NCBI GenBank assembly: GCA_010093815.1
Contig: ML996578.1
DNA: 64,000 bases
Strand: one strand, 5' to 3'
Source of the DNA: Pseudovirgaria hyperparasitica
Taxonomy: Eukaryota
The translations under genes were made by a program, and so were the position numbers. Every line of letters starts with the position of its first letter. The first letter of the stretch is position 1. The notes beneath the pieces were generated by a model that saw only the letters and a program-made list of their open reading frames with translations, did not search any database and was not told where the DNA came from. This document shows, piece by piece, positions 12,425-24,595 of the stretch.

Positions 12425-15098
12425 TTATCCCATACTCGTGCCGACTCCAGGCCCGCTGCTGGGCCACGTACTGGGAAATTCTGGGCCCGGTATTTGCTGA
12501 TTGTTCGGGTTGAAGTAGCAGCTCATCCAATCCATATCGCTAGGCATCATGAACTCGCCAAAGTCCATGCTGAACTGGGTTGGATCATTCGGCAGCGTCG
12601 TGTAGCTTGGATCACCGCTCACGCCCCCGTACGGAATGGCGCTCTGGAACAGATCGGCCGACACAGGAACTGGGATTTGGACTTTTGATTGTTTTTTTAG
12701 CATCAACACGGACGTATAAAAGGTGTGAGAACTTACATATTTGGTTGATAAATGCGACCAGCGGCCCAAGGTACTGTGCACATCGGTCGACCATGACATT
12801 ACCCTTGTCGAGCACCGCCATGATCTCGAGTGCCTTCCCTAAGGACTCCTTGGCAAGCGTAATGGTCTCCTCGGTAACTGGTGGTGCATCCAAGTTCTCT
12901 GGGCGGACTACTACCAGGCTAGCAAAGAGTACAAGTGCAGCATTGAAGGCTGAGAGGGTAGTCAGTGTATTGGAAAGCAGTTGTTGACGGCACACATACT
13001 GTAATACAGGGAGAACCACCAGGCCCCGAGCGTTGGTCGTTTGCTCGCCGAATGGGCCGCTGCATGGATACTCTCAATAATCTCAGCAGCTGATCGAATG
13101 TTGACGTGCAGACTAGCTGCGCCATGCTGGTTTAAGATGGCAATCTCGGTAGCATCTCCCCCCGATATTGCACAGACATCAAGGAATTTGGCCAGAAGAG
13201 GTCGATGTATGAGAAGTCGCACGTTATGATATCGAAGGGTCAATAGGAATGACAAACGTTCATCTGAGGTGGCGACGTGATGCATTGGTGGCTTGTGCAT
13301 GTCGAGTGCGATCGTTTGCGACGATCGTAAGCGGAGGTGACTTGGTAGCGCCTCTTCCCAGGTTGACATGTCATTGTCTATCCGGAGCATGGAAGCTACC
13401 GTTTGCTGAAGAGGTAACGGCATGTCAGAGCCAAGGTTCTTTTGGTATAACTCGTCAATGGCTTGCCACATGTACCGGTAAAGTTGTCTGTCAACATTAG
13501 CCATGAATTCCCTGGACTGCTACTTGACAAACATTGTCATATTCATGAAGATAGTGCTGTCCTTGACTGTCCTATTCGCTGACGGAGGTTCATATTCTGG
13601 CCATGGCTCTGGCAGATCAACCCGAATATAGTCATCCGGGATGGCCGCAGGACGCCCAAACGTCATGGACAGCGTCCTGTCTACCAGAACACAACCGAAC
13701 CAAGCTCTACTGCGAAGAGCTCTCTGCATGCCGGTGTACTTGTGCGAGGCCTCTCTTGAATGGAGACCCAGTTGAAATGCAGCCTTGACAGCAAGGCCAT
13801 GGATGGTCCATGCTTCGATGGACTTTTGACTCCCCTGGAGATACATGCTGGCTAGTAAACAGAATTGCACTGGACCTGTCAACAATAATATGCACAAACC
13901 AGGAGCTACTGACCAACTTCGACACTTGTGCCACGCATCATGGGTCTCTGGCACAGCATCATGCCCCTTTTGAAGAACTTTTCGGCTTCCTTGAACCGCT
14001 CCTCAGAATTACTGGAATTCCTGTCGAATGGCTGCTTCGTTGCTGTTGCCATGGTCATGACTACGTTCAGTAAACCAAGCCATGTTCTGGGAACCTCCCT
14101 TGGGTCTCTCTTTCGCATCTCATGATACGTCGCAAGAAACGTTGGCTTATGTAAGAAAGGGTACAGAAAGCCAGGGTCATCAAAGTACCTCTCAATATAT
14201 CCCAGTGTCTCTTGGTTTGAGGGCAGGGTGAAAACATCTATGCGCTGAGTGTGAAAGACTTGTCTGATGGGTGAACCTGGCCGTTGTATCTCCAGGACTC
14301 CTCCATCGAGGTTGTCAGACTCAACAGAAGCTGGGGTGGGTAGCTGATTTGGCGCCTTCTTGACCTTACCGACTGCTTTGGCGATATGACGTAGGAAAGC
14401 AATGTTAGATGATGGACCGAAGAAGCCGGTCTCTTGCTCCATGGCTCTGAAGCCGTCACCAAGGGCGAAGACCTCATTGATTTGGTCGTCACCAACAGCT
14501 GTGTCGGGCTCCATCATGTGATCATTGTCTGGCTCAGCAGTACGCGGGACATCTGGCTTGACTGGTCTCCCTGTGATGTTGAGATTCAAGTCATTGATGC
14601 TAGTCCGGAAGCCATCCAGAGTGTCCTCGATGTGCTGCACGCGGTCCTCCAATGAGGAGAAGTATCTTCGTGATGAAGGATGATCAGCACTAATTCATCC
14701 ATGTTCTGCGGGCTCGCGTGGATAGATGGAGATACGTTGGGATCGAGCAGCTCATGGATGCTACTGGAGGCGACTCACTCTTTGCCCACAATGACATTGG
14801 TAGACGATGCAGCCTGAACATAGGTACATTCGAAGCCCAGGTCTCTGCATAAACCACACTTTGGCCGTGCGCCGTCACACTGACAGACGATTGGTTAGAA
14901 GTTTCCAAGGTGCCTCCAATTCTGGATGGTGACAGTAGAAGCGTAAGGAGCACAACAGCAACACGGCGAACGTACACGTGATTTGCGAGCCCGACAGGCC
15001 GAACAAGCCAATGCGATTCTTCTCCTTTTATTAGGCTGCTCCTGGCCGTCATCACCATCGGCCTTTTTCGAAGCAGCTCTGGAACTGGTATCGGACAT
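12425..15098 (-). CDS. Zn(II)2Cys6 transcription factor with fungal-specific TF (middle homology) domain, about 7 exons
   Basis: CSACRARKSR/CDGARPKCGLCRDLGFEC is joined across intron 14880-14975. Also FFGPSSNIAF, YPFLHKPTF, AFQLGLH, RAWFGCVLVDRTLSMTFGRP, LGAWWFSLYY. Confidence 0.92.
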
Positions 15099-15323
15099 TG
15101 AATGCTTTGAGCGGACTGAGTAAGTAGTGGAGTAACAACAACAGTAAGGGGCGGCGAGGGGGGGGACGATCTCAGGGCGTAGGCGGGGAGAAAGCAAGGG
15201 CAGCAAATACTGGGGCGGGGAAAGAGTGGGAAGACAGTGGATAAAAGTATAAAAGTAGGCGGGAGGTGCTGGCTGGAAAGCTGGAATTGACTGCTAAAAC
15301 TGCGCCGTAGCTAGGGGCGATTT

Positions 15324-15366
15324 GGCGGGCGGGGTTTCGGCGGGCGGGGTTTCGGCGGGCGGGCGG
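15324..15366 (+). repeat. 15-bp tandem repeat GGCGGGCGGGGTTTC (two copies plus a partial) upstream of the Zn2Cys6 gene
   Basis: Read directly: ggcgggcggggtttc ggcgggcggggtttc ggcgggcgggcgg. Confidence 0.85.
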
Positions 15367-15924
15367 ACACACTGGGCGACTGGGGGGAGACAGCCGGGGA
15401 GGGCAACGGGCGCCTGTCTGGATGTACAGTAAGTACGCTTGTATGGCTGTATAATTAGCTGTATGCATGTAATTATCATGTATGTATGGATCTTCCAACT
15501 TAGAATACGTCGAATATTACTATTACCTAACATTATACCACACTACTACAACTTCTCTCATTCCAGCCTATTTGCATCCTCCACCTCTGCCTCCGCCTCC
15601 GCCTCCGCCATCATTCTGACGCGTCCCACAACATCTTTCGTCTTGGCTCGACCGGTTCGGTTCACAGGTGGCACGTTTGTCTTTTCCGTCCCGTGTCTCG
15701 TGCTATATGATCGACTCAAGCAACTCCACCAACCTGGTCAGCTCCAGCATGGAACCAGGGCCAGGCACGCGAGTGTCTACCAATTTCAATTCACACTACT
15801 ACTCAGCTAACGTTACCTAGCGCTAATACACATCTTGTACACGACTGATGCTTCAGTCTCGTCATCATGCCAACTGACCTCCATCAGACCTGTACGCCGA
15901 CTGTGCTAAGCTCACCCGATTACC

Positions 15925-17102
15925 TCAGCTGGACACAAGAGTCTCGGTATCCATCCCCTCCCAGCGATAGAATCCCAACGATTCCAGCATGGGCTTATCA
16001 TCAAATCGGTAAAAGTACACAGGCTCGTCCAACGCGAAATGCTGGTACTTGACCCACGCAGGAATACAGAAGCAATCACCAGCTTGCCAATCGAACCTCG
16101 TGCCACCTAGGACCGAGTAGCCCTTACCACTGACGATGTGATATACGCTCGATGCCGTTTCTTGTACTGCCTCACTCGAGCAGCCTGGACGCAGTCGTGC
16201 TGCAGATAAGCCGATCGTTTTGCTCACTTCAATGTCATATTAGCTCAACGAACGTTCCCTCGGGAATATGGCTCGTGCACCACGTTACATACCTTGACGT
16301 CCATCTGCCTTCAGATATGGTAGCGACGTCCAATCTCGCTCATCGTGATCCAACGCTTGTTGCATTTTCGACCATGGGAACACAATCGGAGATGTCTCCG
16401 AATCGACATCGTCTGCTGGGTAGCGAGGCTTGTCATAGTGTTCCACGAAGTGCACAGGGAAGAACTGAAACAGTGGCAGGTCCAGTGCATCAAGCCATAT
16501 CATAGGGCCTGATCCGTCCTTGCCATGATCATGCCAGTTCTGTGTCGGGGTCAAAATGACATCTGATCAAGGTGAGTCTATTGATACCGCAGTGCTTTTG
16601 TGCAGTAGTATATCACCTACCTCGACGGTTCATACGGATGCGCTTGCCGTGCACTGCTGTGAATCCACCGTTCCCTTCAATGATGAATCGAGCCGCGAAG
16701 GCAGTATGTCGATGTGCTGGAGCAGTCTCATTTGGCATCACTAGCTGCAGACCTGCATATAGTGTATCGGTCGTATAAGGGCCCTCTGTCAACCAACCAA
16801 AGTGAGCATTTCAGACGCTAGGCTGCACATCATTCCACCTTACCTCGCGTAGGATTAATTAGCATCAAAACCCTCCTTTCAGCGTCTTTCTCTGTGACTA
16901 GCTCCCCCGCTTTTAGCAGCAGAGGACGAAGCTGTTCATATTTCCACTGAAACGGAACACATTTCGGATCCGGTCGGGCTGGGTTGAATCTCTTCATCTG
17001 AGGCCACAATGGAACACCACCGTGCTCCGAAGCTGCTTCAATCAACTTCTGGACCTCATCTTGCTTGTTGTTGTTGTTGTTCTCGGAGGTTGCAGATGGC
17101 AT
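15925..17102 (-). CDS. Gentisate 1,2-dioxygenase family bicupin dioxygenase, 4 exons
   Basis: [81 protein letters not shown]. Introns at 16786-16843, 16563-16620 and 16227-16292. Confidence 0.92.
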
Positions 17103-17631
17103 GTTGTGTATTGAGATAGGTTCGGAGTTTCGAAACAAGGACCGCAGTTCACAAACGTCAATGTGAAACACCAAACGCTCTGGAAACCCATATTGTCGCG
17201 ATTATATGTTTAGTGCTTCGCGGCTGCCGGCTCGTGGGACCGGAGTTAAAGCCGACATCCCAACCACGCCGCATACAGCTTCCCCGCATTGTTCTTGTCT
17301 CTCGGGGACAGGGCGGGAACGCTGCCCCGCAAGTCCATGATACCGCTTTCTCACCACATAAGGTTCTGTCAGTCGTGAGGTGTGAGTTGTCAGGTATGAG
17401 GTATGAGGTATGAGGTATGAGTGAGGCTGTGGTTCCGGTTACCGGCGGGCATAAAAGGTATATTTCGATCCGTCCATGATCATGTTGATCTGATCTCCAC
17501 ACCAATGGCACTGCATGGGAGCCTTGCAGCGGGACAGTAGATTCAACGGGGCCCAGTATACATAGAGGCTCAATCACTCTCGAGCGGATTGTTTCGAAAT
17601 CTTAGTAGTTTTGAAACAGCTCATAGTCAAG
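17103..17631. promoter_or_regulatory. Divergent promoter shared by the dioxygenase and the FAD monooxygenase
   Basis: Head-to-head starts about 530 bp apart. Contains CCGGTTACCGGCGGG (CGG triplets typical of Zn2Cys6 sites), (GTATGAG)x4 at 17394-17421, and an AT-rich CATAAAAGGTATATT. Confidence 0.65.
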
Positions 17632-19232
17632 ATGTCATCAGCAGAAACAAATAGTCATACCGATGCGAGCGAAGAGAGTACCGGAAGACTTCAAAACACA
17701 GAAGTGAGTGAAATGATGAAAGACGACAACGACGACATAGGACGACCGTGTACTCAATGGCCATAGAGTCTTGTTTATCCCACCAGAAGTCTACACTTCT
17801 TGAAGCGACTCGACGCTGCATCTTCTCGTGCAGATGGCTACAAGGCAGAGCCTTCGTCCTTGAAACTGAACATTATCGTCGTCGGCGGCGGCCTCGGAGG
17901 CCTATCGGCAGCTATTGCACTCGCCCGCAAGGGCCACACCGTGACCGTTCTCGAAGCCGCCCCTGAGCTCGGAGAGGAACGCTTCCCCCTAATCCAACAT
18001 TTAAAAAAAGGTCATCTAACATCGTCATCAGGTCGGCGCAGGCATCCAGGTCCCGCCCAATTCAAGCCGCCTTCTCCTGGCCTGGGGCATCGCGCCCTTC
18101 CTCCAAGGCAAGGCCGTCGAGACCGAAGCCATCACGCTGCGAAGATGGCGCAATGGCGCAAAGATAGGATACACGAAACTGTTACCCGACTTTCGCGAAT
18201 CGTATGATGCGCCGTACTGGGTCGTCCATCGCGCACATCTACTCGACGCGCTGCTCCAGTTAGCACTCAAGCACGGCGTGACCGTCCAGACAGACGCCAG
18301 AGTCCTCCAGTACGACCCTTCTAAACCCAGCCTGACCCTCCATACCGGCGTGGAAAAGACGGCAGATCTCATCGTCGCTGCAGACGGTTCGTTGTCCCCT
18401 CCCCCGTCCACACACACACCAGCATACTCACCGAACAACAGGCGTCAAATCACTCGCCCGCCCCGCCATCCTCACCACCCCAGACACACCCCCAAGATAC
18501 ACCCGCTTCGCAGCCTACCGCGCCACCGTGTCGACCCAAAAAATGCGCGCCGACCCACGCACAGCAGAACTCCTCGACCGTCCAGGCCAGAACCTCTGGC
18601 TCGGGCCCCAGCGCCACATCATGGCCTACAGCATCGCGGCCGGCGAAACGTTCAACCTCGTCATTTCGCACCCGGCGACCACGGATCCGGCGACCTGGCG
18701 GCAAGACGACAACGTCGCCGAGATGAAGCGCCAGTTTGAGGGCTGGGATCCACGGATCGTGGGCGTGCTGGACATGGTGGAGCAGACGACGCGTTGGCCG
18801 CTGATGGCGTACAGGGATGCGCTGCCACGGTGGGTGCATAGGGACGGGAAGATGTGTATGCTTGGTGACGCGGCGCATGCGATGCTGCCGTATATGAGCC
18901 AGGGGGCTGCGATGGCTGTGGAGGATGGGGCTGCGCTTGCGGAGGCGATAGGGTGTGTTGGGCGGAAAGAGGATATGGGGAGAGCGCTCGGGGTGTGGGA
19001 GAGTGTGAGGCTGAAGCGGACGAGTGGGATGCAGCAGGCGGCGTGGGTGCAGGGGAAACTGTGGCACTTTGAGGATGGAGCAGAGCAGCGGGCACGCGAT
19101 GAAAGTATGCGTGCGGAGGTGGAAGGGGTGCACTTTGTTGAGAGTGCGAATCAATGGAGCGATCCGGTGACGCAGGCTTGGACATATGCGTATGATGCAG
19201 AGATGGAGGTGAGGGTTGCTTTTCGGGAGTGA
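17632..19232 (+). CDS. FAD-dependent aromatic hydroxylase (salicylate hydroxylase / 3-hydroxybenzoate 6-hydroxylase-like group A monooxygenase), 4 exons
   Basis: IIVVGGGLGGLSAA, VGAGIQVPPNS, ADLIVAADG/VKS, LGDAAHAMLPYMSQGAAMAVEDG. Introns at 17704-17766 (GT-AG), 17977-18031 (GA-AG, see findings) and 18387-18441 (GT-AG). Confidence 0.88.
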
Positions 19233-19299
19233 GGCTTTGAGTCGTATTTTAGACTGCGTTTGTGGAATGTATTCATTCGTGGGGTATATGGGCTGTAAT

Positions 19300-21514
19300 C
19301 TAAACCTTTTTCCTTCGCTTATTTGCTTTGGGTTTCTGCGCAGTATGTGTAACTGACGACTCCTCGTCGCTTTCAGGGGCCACCAGTGTCGCCGCATCTG
19401 TATCTTCAACGCCTGAGACTGAGTCCTCAGAATCGAGATCGACGACGGCATCCGAGGGGATGCTATCCGAATCATCATCGTTGTTATTATCATCTTCATT
19501 GACCTCGACATCATTGTCGTCAAAGCCCTCGAATTCCTCGTCGATTGCCGGGGATGACGCACCCGCAGCGTCAATGGTCGTTTCTTCATCTTCCCGTTTC
19601 CTCTTCTTACCCATTTCACCAAGCCTGCCTTCTCTTCCAGTTACGCCACTCTCGCCATCTTGCTCGGATGGAGGTGGCGGAGTAAACCATGGAATCTTGC
19701 CTCTCAGGAAATCATTCAGGACCATTTTAGCAACGCCGTCCAGATCGACCTCGCCGCCTTTGAGGAGTCTTCCGCCTTTGCGACCTAGTTTCTCCAGAAA
19801 CTCTATCGCATTGGAATAATCCTTGACCTCATAGGTGCGTTGCAGATGTCGTTGCTGACAGCGACTCAAAACTGCCTCAATGTACTGCTCTGGGTTCTCC
19901 ACATTCTCTACTCTAACTACTCCGCGTAGTAATAGCTGCTCATCTGTGTCTGTCATACTCGGTGGCACAATACCAGGACAGTCGATCAAGTAGATCCGCT
20001 TCATCAAGGTAATGTACTGCCAGACCTTGGTCTCTCCGGCGATTGGGGCAACGGTGCAGACTTTCTTCTTACGAAGCGTGTTGATGATGCTTGATTTTCC
20101 AGTGTTAGGATAGCCGACAAAGCCCACAGAGATTTGCTTGCGATCAGAGTGAAGAGAGGAAAATTGACGCAGAAGTTGGATCAGTGAGCCTTTGCCGAAT
20201 GAATTGTTTACAGATGCATGGAATGCAAGCGTGGGATACTCTTTTGACAGTCTTCGTACCCAAGAGGCCTTGTTTGCATTAGCAACGAGTCCTCGAACAT
20301 CGAAAAAAACAAGCGATAGAAGAGCGTGTGTGAAACGTAACTAAGAATTTCGGCACGGGGAGATCTGCGTGAAGCAGAGCCGAACTTCAACTCGACGGAA
20401 CACCTTGAACCCTTTGCGGCCTCCTCCAAAACGAACGAGGCCAATTGAAAAGCCAAGACGGCCCTCAACTACGGGAACATAATTGATATCCCACCATTGT
20501 AACAGATTCTTTCTATGAAACACAATTAAGTGTAGAAAGAGCCTTGACTTAAATGATGGGAATGCATGCGCATTCTGATGAGAAGTATGCATAAGGGAAG
20601 GAGTATGACTTACAGCGATACTTGATGGTACAAGATCCACCTTGTTGAGCACAAAGAGTAGATGCTTGTGCGGTGCTTCTTCTTTCAAAAATTTCTCAAC
20701 ATGTCGACAGCGAGTACCCTCAGGATCTCGTGCATCGAGCACATGTATGATGACATCGGAGGAATCAATCACCTTGTATAACTCATTCCATATCCTTTTG
20801 CTTTGACCTTTAGAAAAGATGGCTTCTCGTGCAGTCGTAGCATTCGCGAGGTCATCTGGTTCCCCATCTTCGTTGCCATCCTCCCCGGATCGGCCACTAA
20901 GGAGTTTCTGTTGCTCTAAGCGCTCGACGTAGGTGTCGTGCGATTTAGCCGTGTCTCCTACCAGATCCTCGATGTTACTAACACCAAGTTTGACGCGCTT
21001 TCTTTGTGCCTTGGGCCCGAATGTGTCTTTGAATGGTGCGGTCTCGATTGCAATCTTCGCCTGATGTTGCTTGAGGCCATTCTTTGTGTTCTTATTGTCG
21101 TGAATCAAACTCATGGGTAATTTGTTCTGCTTAAGAAGATACGAATACGGGTCGGATGACTGTTCTGCAACAGCGCCTCGAAAGGCTTCAAGAGCATCTT
21201 GGGAAATCACCCGCGTGTTGCCAAACCACTTGCGATTTGGTTCTACTCGGGCTACGGGAGCATCGCGGGACTGGTAAGACGCAGCCTTTGTGATTGTTCC
21301 CTCTGCATTGCGCTGCGCTTTGCCATCCTTGAACATGTTCAGGGTCTTGACCTTTTTGGCAGATCTGTAATAAGTCAGTGTTGTATCGGCATTTCGTTGA
21401 TCTGTTGGCCTCACACCTGTAGAAATTCTCGCCTTTCGTCTTGACGTTCGCCATGCCATCACTGGTCTTACCTTGCCGCTCTTTACGAGAGGCTTCCTTC
21501 TTACGAGTACCCAT
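19300..21514 (-). CDS. NOG2: Nucleolar GTPase Nog2 (pre-60S maturation), 3 exons
   Basis: [63 protein letters not shown]. Introns at 21365-21416 and 20269-20613. Confidence 0.96.
20324..20563 (-). ncRNA. snR191: Intronic box H/ACA snoRNA, snR191/U19 (SNORA74)-like; ends approximate
   Basis: Hairpin-hinge-hairpin-ACA layout. H box AUAUCA at 20489-20484 and ACA at 20329-20327. Guide pairs AGUCA/GUUAC and GAGU/UAGUUAC complement LSU rRNA helix 69 (GUAACUAUGACUCUC), each 14 nt from its box. Yeast NOG2 is the known host of snR191. Confidence 0.88.
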
Positions 21515-21737
21515 CTTGACAATTACTGCGACCGCTTTCTTGATTATAGAGTGTGCCGCGGAGATGGCCCGCGATATAATCGAGGTGAAGTTATGTGTGG
21601 GCGGGACGACCGATGAAATATTTTGGCGCTAAGATACCTAGGTATGGGTCATGCTTATGTCATCCATCTCCGTTCAGTTCGCCGCAACTTTCTCTCGCGA
21701 GCAGACCTTTGTCGGAGACAGCTTTGCATCTCTAAAC
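21515..21737. promoter_or_regulatory. Compact bidirectional promoter between NOG2 and the mitochondrial protein gene
   Basis: 223 bp between divergent ATGs. Contains RRPE-like TGAAATATTTT (about 21614-21624) and the palindrome TACCTAGGTA (21635-21644). Confidence 0.6.
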
Positions 21738-22655
21738 ATGCCGCAATTGGGCGGGCACGCTGCTGCCGTCTCAAAGGCGTTATGCCGGACTCATCTATTC
21801 TCACCATGCTCCATTCGAGCATTCTCAATGTCTAGCACTCGCTCACAGCTACCTCCTGAGTCGCCAAATTATGTCGACTATCCGATGCCAGAATTGCCAG
21901 TCCTTACGACCAAAAAACCGATCAAAGGTGTCCTTCCGTATCCCCGTGATATCTTTAGACATGCGAACAAGACGAAAGGCAAGATCGAAAAAAATACGCC
22001 TGATTTCATAGCTCGCGCAACGAAAGAGCCAACCAAGGAAAGGAAACCTGCAACGCCTGAAGCCAAGCTGCGTCTTCAACATAAAGCCGAAATGGCTGAA
22101 ACGAGAAGGAAGAATCTACGAGAGGGTTTACGAGAGATGGAAAGACGAAGGATCGATATCCAAAATATACAACACATGAAGAGCCAGGCTAAAGCAGCGG
22201 TCATCAAGGCAATTGACGAGCGTCCGACACCAGACGACGAGCTCTTTACAGCTACAAGCATGCATCCAAGCATCGCAGCTTACATGAGAGGTGATCTCTC
22301 GCCAAGACCACCGACGAAAGAGGAGATCATCCGAAGGACGATGAGATACGAGCGTGGCGCAAAAAAGAGATCAAAGGGCCGAAAGAAAGATCTTACTACT
22401 CTTTTCAATCAAGCAAGAACGTTCATCACCAATATAGATGATCTGACTGCTACCATCGATAAGCTCTTCAACGTAAACAAGGACACAAATTACGACCCTA
22501 CAAATAACGTATGGATGGCAAACAACAGACAGGCACCGATATCCATGGACCAACTCTTGGCCAATGCAGTGAGCAAGGAAGGCAAGGGAGGGCGTACAGT
22601 ACCTCGCAGTACGACTAAGCTCGCGGAAGCTCTCGCGCAAGGCAAAATCATATGA
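21738..22655 (+). CDS. Basic, probably mitochondrial protein; possibly a fungal mitoribosomal small-subunit protein (mS26-like)
   Basis: Single ORF with a presequence-like N-terminus (CSIRAFSMSSTRSQ), then LPPESPNY, KGVLPYPRDIF and MAETRRKNLREGL, which I recall from conserved Pezizomycotina proteins. Family assignment is from memory and unverified. Confidence 0.65.
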   Translation: MPQLGGHAAAVSKALCRTHLFSPCSIRAFSMSSTRSQLPPESPNYVDYPMPELPVLTTKKPIKGVLPYPRDIFRHANKTKGKIEKNTPDFIARATKEPTKERKPATPEAKLRLQHKAEMAETRRKNLREGLREMERRRIDIQNIQHMKSQAKAAVIKAIDERPTPDDELFTATSMHPSIAAYMRGDLSPRPPTKEEIIRRTMRYERGAKKRSKGRKKDLTTLFNQARTFITNIDDLTATIDKLFNVNKDTNYDPTNNVWMANNRQAPISMDQLLANAVSKEGKGGRTVPRSTTKLAEALAQGKII

Positions 22656-23067
22656 GAGCAACTCAAATTACACCCTCCATATTTGAATCATGCATTTATA
22701 TATGTCCGACTTTATCTGCTTCAATGAAGAGTCTAGTCTACGTAGACATCTGTCAATTGTATATATAAGATACCTGCGTGTTAAAGCATTCATAAGGAGC
22801 CATGATCATCCAGGCAACGTGCAGCCTTCGAATATCGGTAGTTATGAAGCATATCTTCATTAAGTTCTTCATGGGAAGTATGTAATTCGGCATCATCCAA
22901 ACCTGCGGTGTCGTTCTCACATCCGGCTGGTCCCTCGTCTGTTCGGGGTCATCATTGGTTTTCACGCTAGAGAATATTAGCGTCGGACGCGTCTCCTGGT
23001 CGCGTCTCCCCGTCATTGCTTGCCAGACGACTCTACACATGTTGAAGCCTGAATCAGCAAAGCAAAG

Positions 23068-24122
23068 ATGGAAGATATCCCAATTGAAACGCAGGAGATT
23101 GAGCTCGAGACTCCTGTTGAAGATGTGTTCATGGCTCCGTCTATCCACCGGCCAGAGATCCTTTCCGGCGCCTCATACTCCCACTTCTCACCTATCCCCA
23201 AGACTATCGAAGATGACATGACCACAGAGTGCGTTCTTGGAATCGACGAGGCTGGGAGAGGGCCAGTACTCGGTCAGTATAGAGTCGCGGAATTGTCATT
23301 TTGCTGATGAGAGAAGGTCCTATGGTCTACGGGCTCTTCTACCTCCCACTGTCAATCCATCGATCGCTCCTGGCCGATACCCACCATTTCGACGACTCCA
23401 AAGTCCTTACACCGGCTGTACGATCGTCCTTGATGGAGAAGCTATGCACTTTAGATTCAGATCTGTACCAGTCCTGTGGATGGGCGACGAGAGTCATGTC
23501 TGCAAGAGATATCTCTTCAGGAATGATGAAGGCAAACGGGACATACAATCTCAATGCACAGGCCATGGATGCGACCATCGATCTCATCAAGCGTACCATG
23601 GCGACAGGTGTCAACATCAAAGAGATCTACATCGATACGATCGGGAGACCAGAAATCTACCAGAAGAAGCTAGAGAAGATCTTCCCCACCGCAAAGATCA
23701 CGGTTGCGAAGAAGGCAGACTCATTGTTTCCCTGCGTCTCTGCAGCCTCGGTCTGTGCAAAAGTAACCAGAGATGCAGCCTTGGATGTTTGCTATGAGTC
23801 CTACTCTACCACTTCGGATGGGAAAGACAAGTCTGCTGATGGTTGGGGCTCCGGATACCCTTCCGATGCGCGATGCACGACGTGGCTGAAACAGAATATG
23901 GATCCTGTTTTCGGGTGGGGAACAGAATGTCGTTTCAGCTGGGGCACTGCAAAAGATTTACTGGAGGGCAAAGGAGGGTCGGCTCAAGTCGACTGGCCTG
24001 CAGACGACGATGACGATGGAATGAAGATGACCGATTTTTTCATAGGTTCCACGGAGAAATCTCAGGAGGGCGACGAGTTTATGAACTGGTATGGTCATAG
24101 AGTCACTGAGAAGATATTCTAA
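23068..24122 (+). CDS. RNH201: Ribonuclease H2 catalytic subunit A, 2 exons
   Basis: LGIDEAGRGPVLG/PMVY across a 44-nt intron at 23273-23316. Also FDDSKVLT, IYIDTIG, KKADSLFPCVSAASVCAKVTRD, WGSGYPSD. Confidence 0.95.
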
Positions 24123-24595
24123 GAGTGTTCTTTAAAAGATGCTGGGATCAAAGCCTTAGCGAAGGATGGTTCTACTAAAGACCCTATGGCCACGAAGAAC
24201 TCGTGTGCAGCCCTTCAGACGGTGCACCGGGAATCCCTTCACGGCTGGTCATCCGTCAACTCATCCAAGACGACGACATAAAGGTCATGTACTTGTGCAA
24301 GAAATTCAGTGGGAGACCAATGCATCACGCAGAATGGTTGTCGTATGGTCTGTTAATGATCTCAGACACACTCCTCCGATCGGGTTCGTAATATACACAC
24401 GAAACTACTCGGACCGATCAAGTGGATGGAGGCATGGCCAGCGCAACAGAGGTGGGAGAGTCGAGTAATAATCGAATTATGATTCAATTAGGATATATAG
24501 GCCTCGACGAGGGAGGTAGGTTACAAAAGGGCGTCAGAGCACAAGGGGCGAGGTATTCTAGTGCTTACTTTAGTCTGTCCTCGAATACAGACATT

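Noticed and set aside
18011..18041. Alternative GT-AG mini-intron that would restore the monooxygenase frame
   Set aside because: Only 31 nt with the branch site 5 nt from the donor, and it would disrupt the conserved GEVGAGIQ motif.
18450..19622. 390-aa minus-strand ORF spanning the NOG2 3' end and the monooxygenase
   Set aside because: Off-frame with NOG2 and antisense to the monooxygenase; a composition artefact.
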